DNA of 37,670 nt. Origin: a virus. Taxonomy: Duplodnaviria > Caudoviricetes. This document shows, piece by piece, positions 37,611 through 37,670 of the stretch. Position numbers and translations under genes: made by a program. The DNA lies in IMG/VR virus record IMGVR_UViG_3300031519_000078, positions 1 through 37,670 of that record; one strand, 5' to 3'. The notes beneath the pieces were generated by a model. It saw nothing but the letters and a program-made list of their open reading frames with translations. It was not told the DNA's origin and ran no database searches. Numbering within the stretch: position 1 is the stretch's first letter; each line of letters opens with the position of its first letter.

Positions 37611-37670
37611 ATGAACTTTCTTTCTTTTTTCGCTTGACATGGGGGGCTGGATATGATAGGGAATGGGGGG

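Overview
The window looks like a complete ~37.7 kb temperate HK97-like siphophage genome, probably of a gammaproteobacterium, opened just upstream of terS and ending with the terminase-associated HNH gene. Gene order: packaging, head and tail (85-14022); an accessory or anti-defence island (14010-16370); attP containing the 3' part of tRNA-Leu(UAA), with int and xis; leftward recombination genes (Sak4-like, SSB-like, Gp157); a cI/cro switch; a c4/ash-type antisense RNA module; a replication initiator with iterons plus DnaB; a nin-like region (degenerate MazG-like, CsrA-like, SutA-like, RusA, M15 peptidase, Q); and a late region with membrane proteins, a YetA/PL26-like enzyme, a large Ig-domain protein, a fibre-adaptor-like gene and HNH. 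The most striking feature is a ~190 bp transcription unit at 14012-14197: a sigma70 promoter, three type I-F CRISPR-like repeats separated by atypical and mutually related 20-nt spacers, and a terminator. No cas genes are recognisable, and the unit sits beside an ArdA/MucR cassette whose three promoters share a GACCGGTCAC operator. It is a candidate RNA-based anti-CRISPR or Cascade-hijacking system. Protein assignments come from recalled motifs and synteny, not database searches.
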